Below are positions 1 through 9,201 of a stretch of 64,000 nt of DNA, piece after piece. Numbering within the stretch: the first letter of the stretch is position 1; the number at the start of each line of letters is the position of its first letter. The stretch covers positions 11,516-75,515 of the forward strand of contig CAVWHY010000004.1 in NCBI GenBank assembly GCA_963754955.1. Direction: 5' to 3'. Made by a program: the position numbers and the translations under genes. Origin of the DNA: an uncultured Acidobacteriota bacterium. GTDB taxonomy: Bacteria; Acidobacteriota; Vicinamibacteria; Vicinamibacterales; CAVVIG01. The notes below the pieces were generated by a model. It saw only the letters and a program-made list of their open reading frames with translations, ran no database searches and was not told where the DNA came from.

Positions 1-556
1 CGAGCCGGCCCGCCGCGATGCCGAACTCGCCGGGGTCCTCCGCGGGCCAGTCGAACGCGGCGCCGGTCGTCACGTCGCGCACCAGATCGGACCCTTCCAT
101 CTTCGGCAGCGCCTGCGCGCGCGCAACGAGCGACTCGGGGTCGAGGCCGCTTCCTGTCATCACGACACCGCGCATGACGCCGCCCGACCGGAGCCGCCGC
201 GTGAGCGCCCGCGTGTCGATGTCAGAGATGGCCACGATGCCGTTGGCGACGAGGTAGTCGCGCAGCGTGCCCTCCGCGCGCCAGTTGCTCGCGACCGGCG
301 ATTGCTCGCGCACGATGAATCCGGCGACGTGCGGCGCCGGCGATTCCCCGTCCCGCGCCGACACGCCGTAATTTCCGATCTCCGGGCATGTCATCGTCAC
401 GATCTGCCCGGAGTACGACGGGTCGGTCAGCACTTCCTGATAGCCGGTCATGCTCGTGTTGAACACGACTTCTCCGCCCGCCACGCCCTCCGCGCCCGCG
501 GCCTGCCCGCGGAACCACGTGCCGTCTTCCAACGCAAGAATCGCCTCTGTGCTCAC
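1..556 (-). CDS. carA: carbamoyl-phosphate synthase small (glutaminase) subunit, N-terminal ~185 codons; gene continues beyond window start
   Basis: Not in the ORF track (GTG start, truncated by the window edge). Reverse-complement translation from GTG at 554-556 reads VSTEAILALEDGTWFRGQAAGAEG..VVFNTSMTGYQEVLTDPSYSGQIVTMTCPEIGNYGV, the conserved CarA N-terminal domain. Confidence 0.85.
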   Translation of the reverse strand, partial: MSTEAILALEDGTWFRGQAAGAEGVAGGEVVFNTSMTGYQEVLTDPSYSGQIVTMTCPEIGNYGVSARDGESPAPHVAGFIVREQSPVASNWRAEGTLRDYLVANGIVAISDIDTRALTRRLRSGGVMRGVVMTGSGLDPESLVARAQALPKMEGSDLVRDVTTGAAFDWPAEDPGEFGIAAGRL

Positions 557-615
557 AACTTCAGCCTCTGACTTCCGACGTCCAGCTCTTAAGAATTACA
601 ATTCTCAGTTCCAGG

Positions 616-2625
616 TCACCGTTCGAGCGACGCGGTGATGCGATTGGGCTCGGTCGCGCTCACCTCGACCGACGACGACCACGGCCGGTACCCCTCGAGC
701 GTGATGCGTACGCTGTGCGCGCCGACCCTGACCAGCGGGAACGTGAGCGGCGTCGTCCCCACCTGGCGGCCATCGAGGAATACCACGGCGCCCGACGGCT
801 TCGATTCGATCGCGAGCGGCACTTCGGTCCGCGCCGGCGCAGCCGGCGGCGTCCTGACCATCGGCACCGTCAACGTGACGGACGGCTGCGACGCGGTGAT
901 GACGATCCGGCGCTCCACGGTTGTGTAGCCGTCGCGCACGAGACGCACCTGGTGCTCGCCACGCGCGAGATCCCGGACCGTGGCCGGCGTCTCGCCCCCG
1001 CCGTGACCGTCGACGAAAACGCGCGCGCCCGGCGGCGTCGAACGCACCAGCACGCGCCCGGCGAAGAGCGGCGCCACTGGCGGCGTGGGCCGTGCGGGGG
1101 CCGGGACCGGTGTCGTACCCGGCGCGCCCCTGGGCGGCAGGGGCCGCGACTCGATCGCGCCGCTTCCGGGCTCCCGCACGACTGGCGGCGGGGCCGTGGT
1201 GGGAGCCGGCGCGGCGTTCTCAGGCGGCGCAAGGGCCGCGACGGCAACAGGACGGTCGCGAATGGCAACGGCGTAACCCGCGCCGAACCCGAGCGCTGCG
1301 CCCACGAGAGCGGCCAGCGCGAGCGGCCAGACGAGCGACAGGCTTGACGCCTCGGCGGCTGGAGCCGACGACAGCAAACTTCCCTGCACGTACAGAGGTT
1401 CGACGGATCCGCGAGGGCCATCGGGTTCCAGAGGTCCCAGAGGTCCACCCGTCTCAAGCGGTTCTCGGGTGGCGACAGGTTCACGGGATTCGAAAGGTCC
1501 GCTGGGCTCAAGAGGATCATCGGGGACCAGGGGTCCGCCCGGCCGAACCGGTTCCCCGAGTTCGAGAGGCGTGGCGCGTTCAGTCGTGCCGATTTCAACC
1601 GGCGCATCCGTTTCGAGGGCGTTTTGAAGAACGGCTTCGACTTCAGCACCCACCCCGAGATCGCGCGCCGGCTCGGTCGCGCGCATCGCCAACTCAGCGG
1701 CCTCGTTCTGTTCGAGCGGCAACAGCGGCTCGGCAGCCGGCCGCGGTGCCGTGTTCCGTCGCGCCATGCGGCTCACCTTGGCAGGCCGGCCTTCGAAGGC
1801 TCCGGCGAGCGCTCCGGAAAATTCCCGCGCGGTGCCGAACCGATCGGCCATGTCGTCGGCGAGCGCGCGGCCGAACACATCGTGTAACGCCGGCAGATGA
1901 CCGCCGTGCGCGTCGGTGATGCCCTCGACGGCCTGAGCGCCGGTCCCGGACAGGCGGCGGCCCCACAACAGCTCATATGCGATGGCCGCGAGGCTGAAGA
2001 CATCCGCGCGCCGGTCCCACGCGGTACCGCCGATGCGTTCCGGCGCGGTATACGGGCGGCGAACCGGCGCCGGTACGCCGACCCTGTCGAGCGCGCGCGT
2101 GATGCCCAGACCCACCAGGCGAAAATCGTCCGGTGACAGCAGCACGTCGCGCGGGTGCAGCGACCCGTGGACGATCTGGCGGTCGGCGGCATAGTCCAGG
2201 GCATCCGCGAGCCGGGCCACGATGCTCAGCGCGTCGGCCACCGGCGGCGCGCCGCCCTCGCGGATCACGACGTCGAGCGACTCCGCCGTGACGTAGTCCT
2301 GCGCGAGATACGCGGTGACGCCTTCGATACCCGCGGCCCGCGGCGCCGCCATGACGGGATGGTCGAGTTCCGCCGCGATCAGCTGTTCGAGTTCGCCGAC
2401 GAGCTGGTGCACGCGATCGGGCGGAAGGTCGAGGCGGAAGAGCTTGATGGCGACGAGCCGATCGCGATCCGGTTCGTACGCACGGAACACCGGGCCCAAC
2501 GCACCTGCACCGATCTGATGAAGCACGCGAAATGGACCGAAGGCATCGGGGGACGTAGAGCCGACAGCTTCCGTGTGCAGTGATGACTCCTCAGAGGAAG
2601 GCGCTTCATGGTAACACTGATCCAT
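616..2625 (-). CDS. serine/threonine protein kinase with Pro-rich linker, TM segment and C-terminal PEGA domains
   Basis: ORF 616..2712. Kinase motifs present (FRVLHQIGAGALGPVF, VAIK, HGSLHPRDVLL, DFRLVGLG, YTAPE). C-terminus has two PEGA-like repeats (GARVFVDGHGGGETPATVRDLARGEHQVRLVRDGY; GAVVFLDGRQVGTTPL..HSVRITLEGY). Start placed at ATG 2625 (MDQCYHE) to avoid overlap with divergent bshC. Confidence 0.85.
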   Translation of the reverse strand: MDQCYHEAPSSEESSLHTEAVGSTSPDAFGPFRVLHQIGAGALGPVFRAYEPDRDRLVAIKLFRLDLPPDRVHQLVGELEQLIAAELDHPVMAAPRAAGIEGVTAYLAQDYVTAESLDVVIREGGAPPVADALSIVARLADALDYAADRQIVHGSLHPRDVLLSPDDFRLVGLGITRALDRVGVPAPVRRPYTAPERIGGTAWDRRADVFSLAAIAYELLWGRRLSGTGAQAVEGITDAHGGHLPALHDVFGRALADDMADRFGTAREFSGALAGAFEGRPAKVSRMARRNTAPRPAAEPLLPLEQNEAAELAMRATEPARDLGVGAEVEAVLQNALETDAPVEIGTTERATPLELGEPVRPGGPLVPDDPLEPSGPFESREPVATREPLETGGPLGPLEPDGPRGSVEPLYVQGSLLSSAPAAEASSLSLVWPLALAALVGAALGFGAGYAVAIRDRPVAVAALAPPENAAPAPTTAPPPVVREPGSGAIESRPLPPRGAPGTTPVPAPARPTPPVAPLFAGRVLVRSTPPGARVFVDGHGGGETPATVRDLARGEHQVRLVRDGYTTVERRIVITASQPSVTLTVPMVRTPPAAPARTEVPLAIESKPSGAVVFLDGRQVGTTPLTFPLVRVGAHSVRITLEGYRPWSSSVEVSATEPNRITASLER

Positions 2626-2710
2626 GACGCCGATCGTGTAAAGTAGGTCTTCGGTGCAGGCAAACCCGACAACCGCCACTCCCCAGACAGGTGAACCGAC
2701 AACCGCGCGC

Positions 2711-4324
2711 ATGGGCGTCGATCTGCGCCGTTTCCCCTGGGTGAAGCGGCTCGCCGCCGACTACGCCTTCGCCTTCGGCGGCCTCGCGCCGTTTTTCTCG
2801 GGCGATCCCAAAGACGAGTCGGCGTGGACGGCCGCGATCGCCCGCGCCCAGGCGCATCCACGCGATCGTCAGCGGCTGGCGAGCGCCCTCGGCGAACAGC
2901 AGCGGCGCCGCGGCGCGCCTGCGCGGGCCCGCGAGGCAGCCGAACGTCTCGGCGACGCGACCACCGTCGCGGTGCTGACGGGCCAGCAGGCCGGTCTCTT
3001 CGGCGGGCCTGTCTACAGCCTGCTCAAAGCCATCACGGCGCTCAAGCTCGCCGACGATGTCACGCGGCGGCACGGGGTGCCCGCCGTGGCGGTCTTCTGG
3101 ATCGAAGCCGAAGACCATGACTGGGACGAAGTGCGTTCGTGCACCGTCCTCACCGCCGACCTGGAGTCCCGGACGATCGCCCTGCCCGAGCGCCCGGCCG
3201 GCGATCCCGTCCCGGTCGCGTCCATCGCCCTCGACGATCACATCGCCGCCGCTCTCGCGGAGCTCGAACAGACGCTGCCGGCCACGGAGTTTCGCGACGG
3301 GCTGCTGGCCGATCTCCGCGCCGCCTACCAGCCGGGTGCCGGCATGGCCGAGGCGTTCGGACGATGGATGGAGCGTGTGCTGGGCGAACGCGGGCTCGTC
3401 GTCTACGACGCGTCGGATCCGGCCACCAAGCCGGCGGTCGGCCAGGTGTTCGCGCGCGAGTTGTCGACGGCCGGCCAGACGGCGATGGCCGCATCGAAGG
3501 CCGGCGCGGATCTCGCGGCGCACGGATATCACGCGCAGGTGCAGGCCGCCGACGGCAGTCCGGCGCTGTTCCGGCTTGATGAGTCGCGGCGCCCGATCCG
3601 GCAGCAGGACGGTCAGCTGGTGATCGGAGAAACGAGCTACGCGCCGGCGGCGCTCGCCACGGAAGCGGGCGAGCGGCCGGCAGGATTCAGCCCGAGCGTG
3701 CTGCTCCGGCCCGTCGTCCAGGACGCGCTCTTCCCGACGATCTGTTATGTCGCCGGGCCGAGCGAACTGGCGTACCTCGGCCAGCTTCGCGGCGTGTACG
3801 AACATTTCGGCGTGCCGATGCCGCTCATCTATCCTCGGGCCACGGCGACGCTGGTCGATTCGGCCGCCGCGCGTTTCCTCACCAAGTATCAGTTCCCGCT
3901 CGAGGCGCTGCAGCCCCAGGACGAAGGCGGCCTGAACGAGCTGCTCAAGACTCAAATTCCCCCCGACGTGGATGCGGCGTTTGCCGCCGCCGGTGCCGCG
4001 CTCGAGAGCCACATGCAGCGCGTCGTCGACGCCCTCCTGACGCTCGACCCCACGCTCGAAGGGGCGGCGCGGAACACCACCGGGAAGATCCAACACGATC
4101 TGGAGAACCTCCACGGCAAGACGATTCAGGCGGCGAAGCGAAAAAACGACACGCTCCGCCGGCAGTTTCTCCGCACGCGCGCGCTTGCCTTCCCCAACGG
4201 GCACGCGCAGGAACGCTCCGTCGGTTTCGTCTGGTTCCTGAACCAGTACGGGCCGGCCCTCGTCGAACGGCTCTGGGACGCCCTGCCCATTGAGATGGGA
4301 CAGCATTGGGTGATCACGATCTGA
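2711..4324 (+). CDS. bshC: bacillithiol biosynthesis cysteine-adding enzyme BshC
   Basis: ORF 2654..4324. Motif VLTGQQAGLFGGPVYSLLKAITALKLA and ~540 aa length fit the BshC family. ATG 2711 (MGVDLRRFPW) preferred over GTG 2654. Confidence 0.8.
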   Translation: MGVDLRRFPWVKRLAADYAFAFGGLAPFFSGDPKDESAWTAAIARAQAHPRDRQRLASALGEQQRRRGAPARAREAAERLGDATTVAVLTGQQAGLFGGPVYSLLKAITALKLADDVTRRHGVPAVAVFWIEAEDHDWDEVRSCTVLTADLESRTIALPERPAGDPVPVASIALDDHIAAALAELEQTLPATEFRDGLLADLRAAYQPGAGMAEAFGRWMERVLGERGLVVYDASDPATKPAVGQVFARELSTAGQTAMAASKAGADLAAHGYHAQVQAADGSPALFRLDESRRPIRQQDGQLVIGETSYAPAALATEAGERPAGFSPSVLLRPVVQDALFPTICYVAGPSELAYLGQLRGVYEHFGVPMPLIYPRATATLVDSAAARFLTKYQFPLEALQPQDEGGLNELLKTQIPPDVDAAFAAAGAALESHMQRVVDALLTLDPTLEGAARNTTGKIQHDLENLHGKTIQAAKRKNDTLRRQFLRTRALAFPNGHAQERSVGFVWFLNQYGPALVERLWDALPIEMGQHWVITI

Positions 4325-6744
4325 AAACGCCACGACGCGCGCCTGCGCGCGGCCGGACGAGGGCCGCCGGAGGCGCCGGATCGGCCGGTCCGCGCCGCCT
4401 CGTCCGGATCAAGATTTCAACGTGGTGGCGCAAGCCGTGGGTCCGCGTGGCGGCCGGCGCGCTCATCGCGTGCGTCGCGGGGTTGTGCGTCGCGACCACG
4501 TATTACTACGTCAGCTTCGCCCGGCTCATCGATCAACGGCTGCACGGCGAGCGCGACCGCGTGCTCCCGCGCGTGCTGGCGCGTCCGCTGGAGCTCCGGC
4601 GCGGGCAGTCGATGAACAACCGGGAGCTCGTCGACCGGCTCAACGAGCTCGGATACGCGGAGCGGAGCGCCCTCGAGAAACCCGGCGAGTTCATCCTCGG
4701 CGACGGCACGGTTTCGATCCTGCCGCGCGGCGCGACTTCCCGCGGCGAGATCGTCCGCGTGGGATTCGATCGGCGCCCGGCGGGCGGCAAGACCGCGCGG
4801 CGTCCGGTGCGCGTGTCCGACCACGTCGTTCGACTCGAGCGCGGCCCGCGCGAAACGGATCGGCTGACGCTCGACGCGCCGGTCCTCGCCTCGATCAGCC
4901 CCGGCGAACGCGAGAAACGCCGCCCGGTCGCACTGTCCGCCATTCAGCCCCGCATGGTGCAGGCCGTGCTGTCGATCGAGGATCGCCGCTTCTACGAGCA
5001 TCCGGGAATCGATCCGATCGGCATGGGCGGCGCGGTGCTCTCGTACGCGACGGGCCGCCGCAACCGGATGGCCGGCGCCAGCACCATCACACAGCAGCTG
5101 GTGCGCAATGTCTTCCTGCCGAAGTTCGACGGCATGACGCTCGAGTCGGCGCGCGCGCGATCGGGGCGCCGCAAGGTGCTCGAAATCTTCGTCTCGATCA
5201 TCCTTACGATCAAGGCGTCGAAGGAAGAGATCCTCGAGATGTATCTCAACGACGTCCCGCTCGGCCAGCGCGGGTCGTTTGCGATCATGGGCGTCAGTGA
5301 AGCGTCGCGGCTGTTCTTCGGGAAAGACGTCAGCAACGTCTCGCTGGCGGAAGCGGCGACGATCGCCGGCGTGATCCAGTCGCCGTCGGCGCTCTCGCCG
5401 TTCAACAACCCGGAACGCTGCCGCGAGCGCCGCAACGTCGTGCTGACGGCGATGTCGGACGCCGGCTACATCGAGGCGGTCGCCGCGGAACGTGCGTCCG
5501 CCGAGCCACTCTCCGTCGTCCAGCGCGCGCTCGAGGCCGAGGCGCCGTATTTCGTCGACTACGTCGGGCAACTGCTCGACGAGCAGTACCCCGGGCTGAC
5601 GACCACAACGGACAAGGCGGTCGACGTCTACACGACGCTCGACCTGCACCTGCAGCGCGTGGCGCAGGATGCGGTCCGCAACGGCCTGACCAAGGTCGAT
5701 CAGCTGCTGTCGAAGCGCAAGCGCAAGGGCAAGGCGGAGGCCGCGCTCATCGCGGTCGATCCGCGCACGGGTGAAGTCCTCGCGTTCGTTGGCGGGCGTT
5801 CGTACAACCAGTCACAGTACGACCGCGTCGTGCTGTCGCGCCGGCAGCCGGGCTCCGTGTTCAAGCCGTTCGTCTACCTCGCGGCGTTCGAGCAGGCGGC
5901 GGCCCAGGGCCGCACCGACGTCACGCCGGCGTCCATCGCGCTCGACGAGCCGGAGACCTTCGAGTTCGACGATCAGGTCTGGACGCCGGAGAACTACGAG
6001 AAGACGTACGACGGGCCGATTACGTTCCGTCACGCGCTGGCGCATTCGCGCAACCTCGCCACGATTCACGTCGCGCAGGCGGCCGGGTACGATCGCGTCG
6101 CAGCGCTCTGGAAGAAGCTCGGCGTCGGCAATGCGCCGAAAGCGTACCCGTCGATCGCGCTCGGCGTGTTCGAGGCGACACCGTTTGAAATCGCCACCGC
6201 GTATACGATCTTTCCGAACATGGGGTTGCTGCGGCCGCTCAAGCACATCCTGTCGATCACGAGCGGCGGGGCCAACCTCACGAAGAAGCCGTCGGGGAGC
6301 GTCCGCGAAATCACGCGGCGTGACACCACATACCTCGTCACCAACATGATGCGCAGCGTGCTCAACGAGGGCACGGCCGCGGGGGCGCGGGCGGCCGGCT
6401 TCACCCTCGACGCCGCCGGCAAGACCGGCACCACCAACGACCTCCGGGACGCCTGGTTCGTCGGCTTCACGCCGGAGCTGCTGACGGTCGTGTGGGTGGG
6501 CTTCGATGACAATCAGCCCGTCGGGTTGACCGGCGCCCAGGCCGCGCTGCCGATCTGGACCGAGTTCATGACCCGCGCGCTCGCCGGACGGTCGAGCGAG
6601 AAGTTCGAGGCCCCCGGGGGGATCTCGTTCGTGGACATCGACAAAGACACCGGGAAACTCGCGGTGCCCGCCTGTCCCCGCGTCTTCCGCGAGGCGTTCA
6701 TCGTTGGCACCGAGCCGACGCAGTCGTGTGAACTGCACCGCTGA
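4306..6744 (+). CDS. bifunctional penicillin-binding protein 1A (transglycosylase/transpeptidase)
   Basis: ORF 4306..6744 with N-terminal TM anchor. GT51 motifs SIEDRRFYEHPGIDP, TITQQLVRN, KEEILEMYLN. Transpeptidase motifs SVFK (SxxK), SRN, KTGTT. The TTG start at 4306 overlaps the bshC end, so the start is uncertain. Confidence 0.9.
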   Translation: MGDHDLKTPRRAPARGRTRAAGGAGSAGPRRLVRIKISTWWRKPWVRVAAGALIACVAGLCVATTYYYVSFARLIDQRLHGERDRVLPRVLARPLELRRGQSMNNRELVDRLNELGYAERSALEKPGEFILGDGTVSILPRGATSRGEIVRVGFDRRPAGGKTARRPVRVSDHVVRLERGPRETDRLTLDAPVLASISPGEREKRRPVALSAIQPRMVQAVLSIEDRRFYEHPGIDPIGMGGAVLSYATGRRNRMAGASTITQQLVRNVFLPKFDGMTLESARARSGRRKVLEIFVSIILTIKASKEEILEMYLNDVPLGQRGSFAIMGVSEASRLFFGKDVSNVSLAEAATIAGVIQSPSALSPFNNPERCRERRNVVLTAMSDAGYIEAVAAERASAEPLSVVQRALEAEAPYFVDYVGQLLDEQYPGLTTTTDKAVDVYTTLDLHLQRVAQDAVRNGLTKVDQLLSKRKRKGKAEAALIAVDPRTGEVLAFVGGRSYNQSQYDRVVLSRRQPGSVFKPFVYLAAFEQAAAQGRTDVTPASIALDEPETFEFDDQVWTPENYEKTYDGPITFRHALAHSRNLATIHVAQAAGYDRVAALWKKLGVGNAPKAYPSIALGVFEATPFEIATAYTIFPNMGLLRPLKHILSITSGGANLTKKPSGSVREITRRDTTYLVTNMMRSVLNEGTAAGARAAGFTLDAAGKTGTTNDLRDAWFVGFTPELLTVVWVGFDDNQPVGLTGAQAALPIWTEFMTRALAGRSSEKFEAPGGISFVDIDKDTGKLAVPACPRVFREAFIVGTEPTQSCELHR

Positions 6745-6755
6745 AGCGAACCGTC

Positions 6756-6933
6756 GGGTGGGCCTGGTGAGGTCGGGTAGGTCTGGTGGGGCGGGTAGGT
6801 CTGGTGGGGCGGGTAGGTCTCGTTGGTCGGGTACGTCTGGTGGGCCGCGCAGGGAATGACAGCGCTCTGCTTACCTCCGTCGCTTGCCCACCAGACCCAC
6901 CAGACCCACCCGACCGACCCGACCCACCTGCCC
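6756..6933. repeat. composite hairpin A: ~4 tandem 18-nt units (GGGCGGGTAGGTCTGGTG) opposed by CCCACCAGACC-type units
   Basis: Left arm 6771-6842 splits into units of 18/18/19/17 nt. Right arm 6886-6933 (cccaccagacccaccagacccacccgaccgacccgacccacc) is the imperfect reverse complement. Lies directly after the PBP1A stop (6742-6744). Confidence 0.8.
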
Positions 6934-6934
6934 G

Positions 6935-6940
6935 TATAAT
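6935..6940 (+). promoter_or_regulatory. candidate -10 box TATAAT, 7 nt upstream of the xdhC GTG
   Basis: Perfect TATAAT in a high-GC background, immediately after repeat A. No SD-like sequence fits between it and GTG 6948. Confidence 0.4.
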
Positions 6941-6947
6941 CGCAGCA

Positions 6948-7790
6948 GTGAATCAAGAGGTGTTCGCGGCTGTGGCCGGGGCGCTCGACCGGGGCGAGCC
7001 GGCTGCCCTTGTGACGATCGTGGCGGCGCGCGGCTCGACACCGCAGCGCGTCGGCGCCAAGATGCTGGTCTTCGCCGACGGCCGCATCGTCGGCACGATT
7101 GGCGGCGGCTGCTACGAGAACGATGCGTTCTGGAAAGCTCGCGAGGCCATCACCAACCGGCGTCCCGAGCTCGTGCACTACGAGTTGGACGACGACTTCG
7201 CCCAGGAGACCGGGCTGATCTGCGGTGGACAGATGGACGTCTACATCGAGCCAATCGAGCCGTCGCCCGAACTCTACGTCGTGGGCGCCGGTCACGTCGG
7301 CTTTCACCTGGCGCGCGTCGCGCACGAAGTGGGATTCCGCGTCCACGTCGTGGACGACCGCGAGAAGTTCGCCAATCGCGAGCGGTTTCCGGACGCCGTC
7401 GAGATCGTGGTGGAAGACATCCCCGCCTGGATCGGCCGCACCCAGCTTCCCGCCCACGCGTACGCGGTCATCGTGACGCGGGGTCACACGAACGACCTCG
7501 AAGCGCTGCGGGCGCTCGCGCCGCGCGACCTGCGCTACCTCGGCCTCATCGGCAGCCGCGCCAAGGTGGCGCGGATCTACCATCAGCTGCTGGCCGACCA
7601 GATCGCGCCCGAGACCCTCACACACGTCCACGCCCCCATCGGCCTGGACATCGGCGCCGTCACGCCGCAGGAAATCGCCGTCAGCATCCTCGCCGAGCTG
7701 ATCGCCGTCAAACACGGCAAAGCTCTCGACAAGGACGGCGGCGGCCGCTCGATGAAATGGGAACCACCCAAGCTGGTTGCCAAAGAATGA
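6948..7790 (+). CDS. XdhC/CoxI family molybdoenzyme maturation protein
   Basis: ORF 6786..7790, but its first 54 codons are repeat A read through (GRVGLVGRVGLVGR). The conserved part starts at GTG 6948 (NQEVFAAVAGALDRGEPAALVTIVAARGSTPQRVGAKM). Rossmann-like ELYVVGAGHVG in the second domain. Confidence 0.8.
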   Translation: MNQEVFAAVAGALDRGEPAALVTIVAARGSTPQRVGAKMLVFADGRIVGTIGGGCYENDAFWKAREAITNRRPELVHYELDDDFAQETGLICGGQMDVYIEPIEPSPELYVVGAGHVGFHLARVAHEVGFRVHVVDDREKFANRERFPDAVEIVVEDIPAWIGRTQLPAHAYAVIVTRGHTNDLEALRALAPRDLRYLGLIGSRAKVARIYHQLLADQIAPETLTHVHAPIGLDIGAVTPQEIAVSILAELIAVKHGKALDKDGGGRSMKWEPPKLVAKE

Positions 7791-7865
7791 ATCACGAAGA
7801 CACGAAGCACACGAAGAAGGTCTAGCCTCTCGTGGTCTTCTTCGCGGCCTTCGTGGCTTCGTGAT
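7791..7865. repeat. hairpin B, CACGAAG/CTTCGTG family
   Basis: Left arm atcacgaagacacgaagcacacgaagaaggtc (7791-7822). Right arm gtggtcttcttcgcggccttcgtggcttcgtgat (7832-7865). Fills the whole xdhC-to-amidohydrolase gap. Confidence 0.8.
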
Positions 7866-7869
7866 GTAG

Positions 7870-9198
7870 ATGTCCTCCCTTCTCATCCGCGGCGGTGTCG
7901 TGGTCACGATGAACGACGCGTTCGACATCGTGCAGGGCGACGTCTCGATCCGCGATGGCCGGATCGCCGCGATCAATCGCGGCGTGACGGCGGATCCCCA
8001 TGACACGATCATCGACGCGCACGGCGGCTGGGTGCTGCCCGGCTTCGTTCAGACGCACGTCCACCTCTGCCAGACGCTGTTCCGAGGCTCTGCGGACGAC
8101 CTGAGCCTGATGGACTGGGTGCGCACGCGCATCTGGCCGATGGAAGCGGCGCACACACCCTCGACGCTTCGAGCGGCCGCGCGGATCGGCATCGCGGAGC
8201 TGCTCGCTTCGGGTACCACCACCGTGCTGACGATGGAGACCGTGCACGAGACGGACGTGGTGTTCGAGGCCGCGGCGGAAGCAGGCATCCGCGCCACCAT
8301 CGGCAAGTGCATGATGGACTCGGGCGACGATGTCCCCGCGCGGATGCGCGAGCAGACGAACGCGTCGATCGACGAGAGCGTAGCGCTCGGCAAACGGTGG
8401 GATGGCGCCGCGGGAGGTCGGCTGCACGCCGCGTTCGCGCCGCGCTTCGCCGTCTCGTGCTCGCCCGCGCTGCTCGAGGCCGTGGCCAGCCTGTCGGACG
8501 CGCACCACACGCTCGTGCACACGCACGCCTCCGAATCGCGCGACGAGATCGCGATCGTGCGGCAGCTATCGGGCGGCGTGTCGAACATCGAGTACCTCGC
8601 GAGGCTGCGGCTGGCGTCGCCGCGCCTGTGCTGCGCCCACTGCGTCTGGGTGGACGGGCGCGAGCAGGCGTTGCTCGCCGAGCACGGGGTCAACGTCTTG
8701 CACTGCCCGAGCTCCAACCTGAAGCTGGGTTCCGGCGTCGCGCCGGTGGCCGCCATGCGGACGCGCGGGATCAACGTATCGCTCGGCGCCGACGGCGCCG
8801 CCTGCAACAACCACCTCGACATGTTCACCGAGATGCGGCTGGCCGCGCTGCTGCAGTCGGCGACGGCCCATCCCGGCGCGCTGACGGCGCGCGATGCGCT
8901 CCTCATGGCGACACGCGCGGGCGCGCGAGCGCTGGGACTCGACGGTGACATCGGCTCGATCGAGCGCGGCAAACGGGCGGATGTGATCGTGATCGACCGC
9001 GAGCCGCCGCACCTCGTGCCCGCGCCGGACCCCTACTCGACGATCGTCTACGCCGCGCGCGCGTCCGACGTGCGCGCGACCATCGTGGATGGCGAGGTGC
9101 TCGTGCGCGAGGGACGGGCGGTGCGGACGGACGCCGCCGCCATCACGGCCGAGGCGCGCGCGGCCGCGCGGGAGCTCGCGGCGCGCGCCAGTGTATAA
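7870..9198 (+). CDS. amidohydrolase-superfamily deaminase (MTA/SAH-deaminase-like, cog0402-type)
   Basis: ORF. Motifs LPGFVQTHVHLCQTLFRGSADDLSLMDWV, HCPSSNLKLGSGVAPV, LGADGAACNNHLDMFTEMRLAALLQ match the MtaD / chlorohydrolase-type deaminase family. Substrate cannot be called from sequence. Confidence 0.8.
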   Translation: MSSLLIRGGVVVTMNDAFDIVQGDVSIRDGRIAAINRGVTADPHDTIIDAHGGWVLPGFVQTHVHLCQTLFRGSADDLSLMDWVRTRIWPMEAAHTPSTLRAAARIGIAELLASGTTTVLTMETVHETDVVFEAAAEAGIRATIGKCMMDSGDDVPARMREQTNASIDESVALGKRWDGAAGGRLHAAFAPRFAVSCSPALLEAVASLSDAHHTLVHTHASESRDEIAIVRQLSGGVSNIEYLARLRLASPRLCCAHCVWVDGREQALLAEHGVNVLHCPSSNLKLGSGVAPVAAMRTRGINVSLGADGAACNNHLDMFTEMRLAALLQSATAHPGALTARDALLMATRAGARALGLDGDIGSIERGKRADVIVIDREPPHLVPAPDPYSTIVYAARASDVRATIVDGEVLVREGRAVRTDAAAITAEARAAARELAARASV

Positions 9199-9199
9199 T
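9194..9199 (+). promoter_or_regulatory. candidate -10 box TATAAT of the hrcA operon
   Basis: Perfect TATAAT overlapping the stop codon of the upstream gene, 2 nt upstream of the CIRCE element. Confidence 0.5.
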
Positions 9200-9201
9200 G
9201 T

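Noticed and set aside
6786-6947. Repeat-derived peptides as genuine repetitive protein domains (GRVGLVGRVGLVGR at the xdhC ORF start; MNHEDTKHTKK at 7225..7825-type ORFs; MRTSWTPRTCGPLGP at 12558..12926).
   Set aside because: They coincide exactly with the nucleotide repeat arms, occur in any frame and strand, and lie outside the conserved part of the neighbouring proteins.
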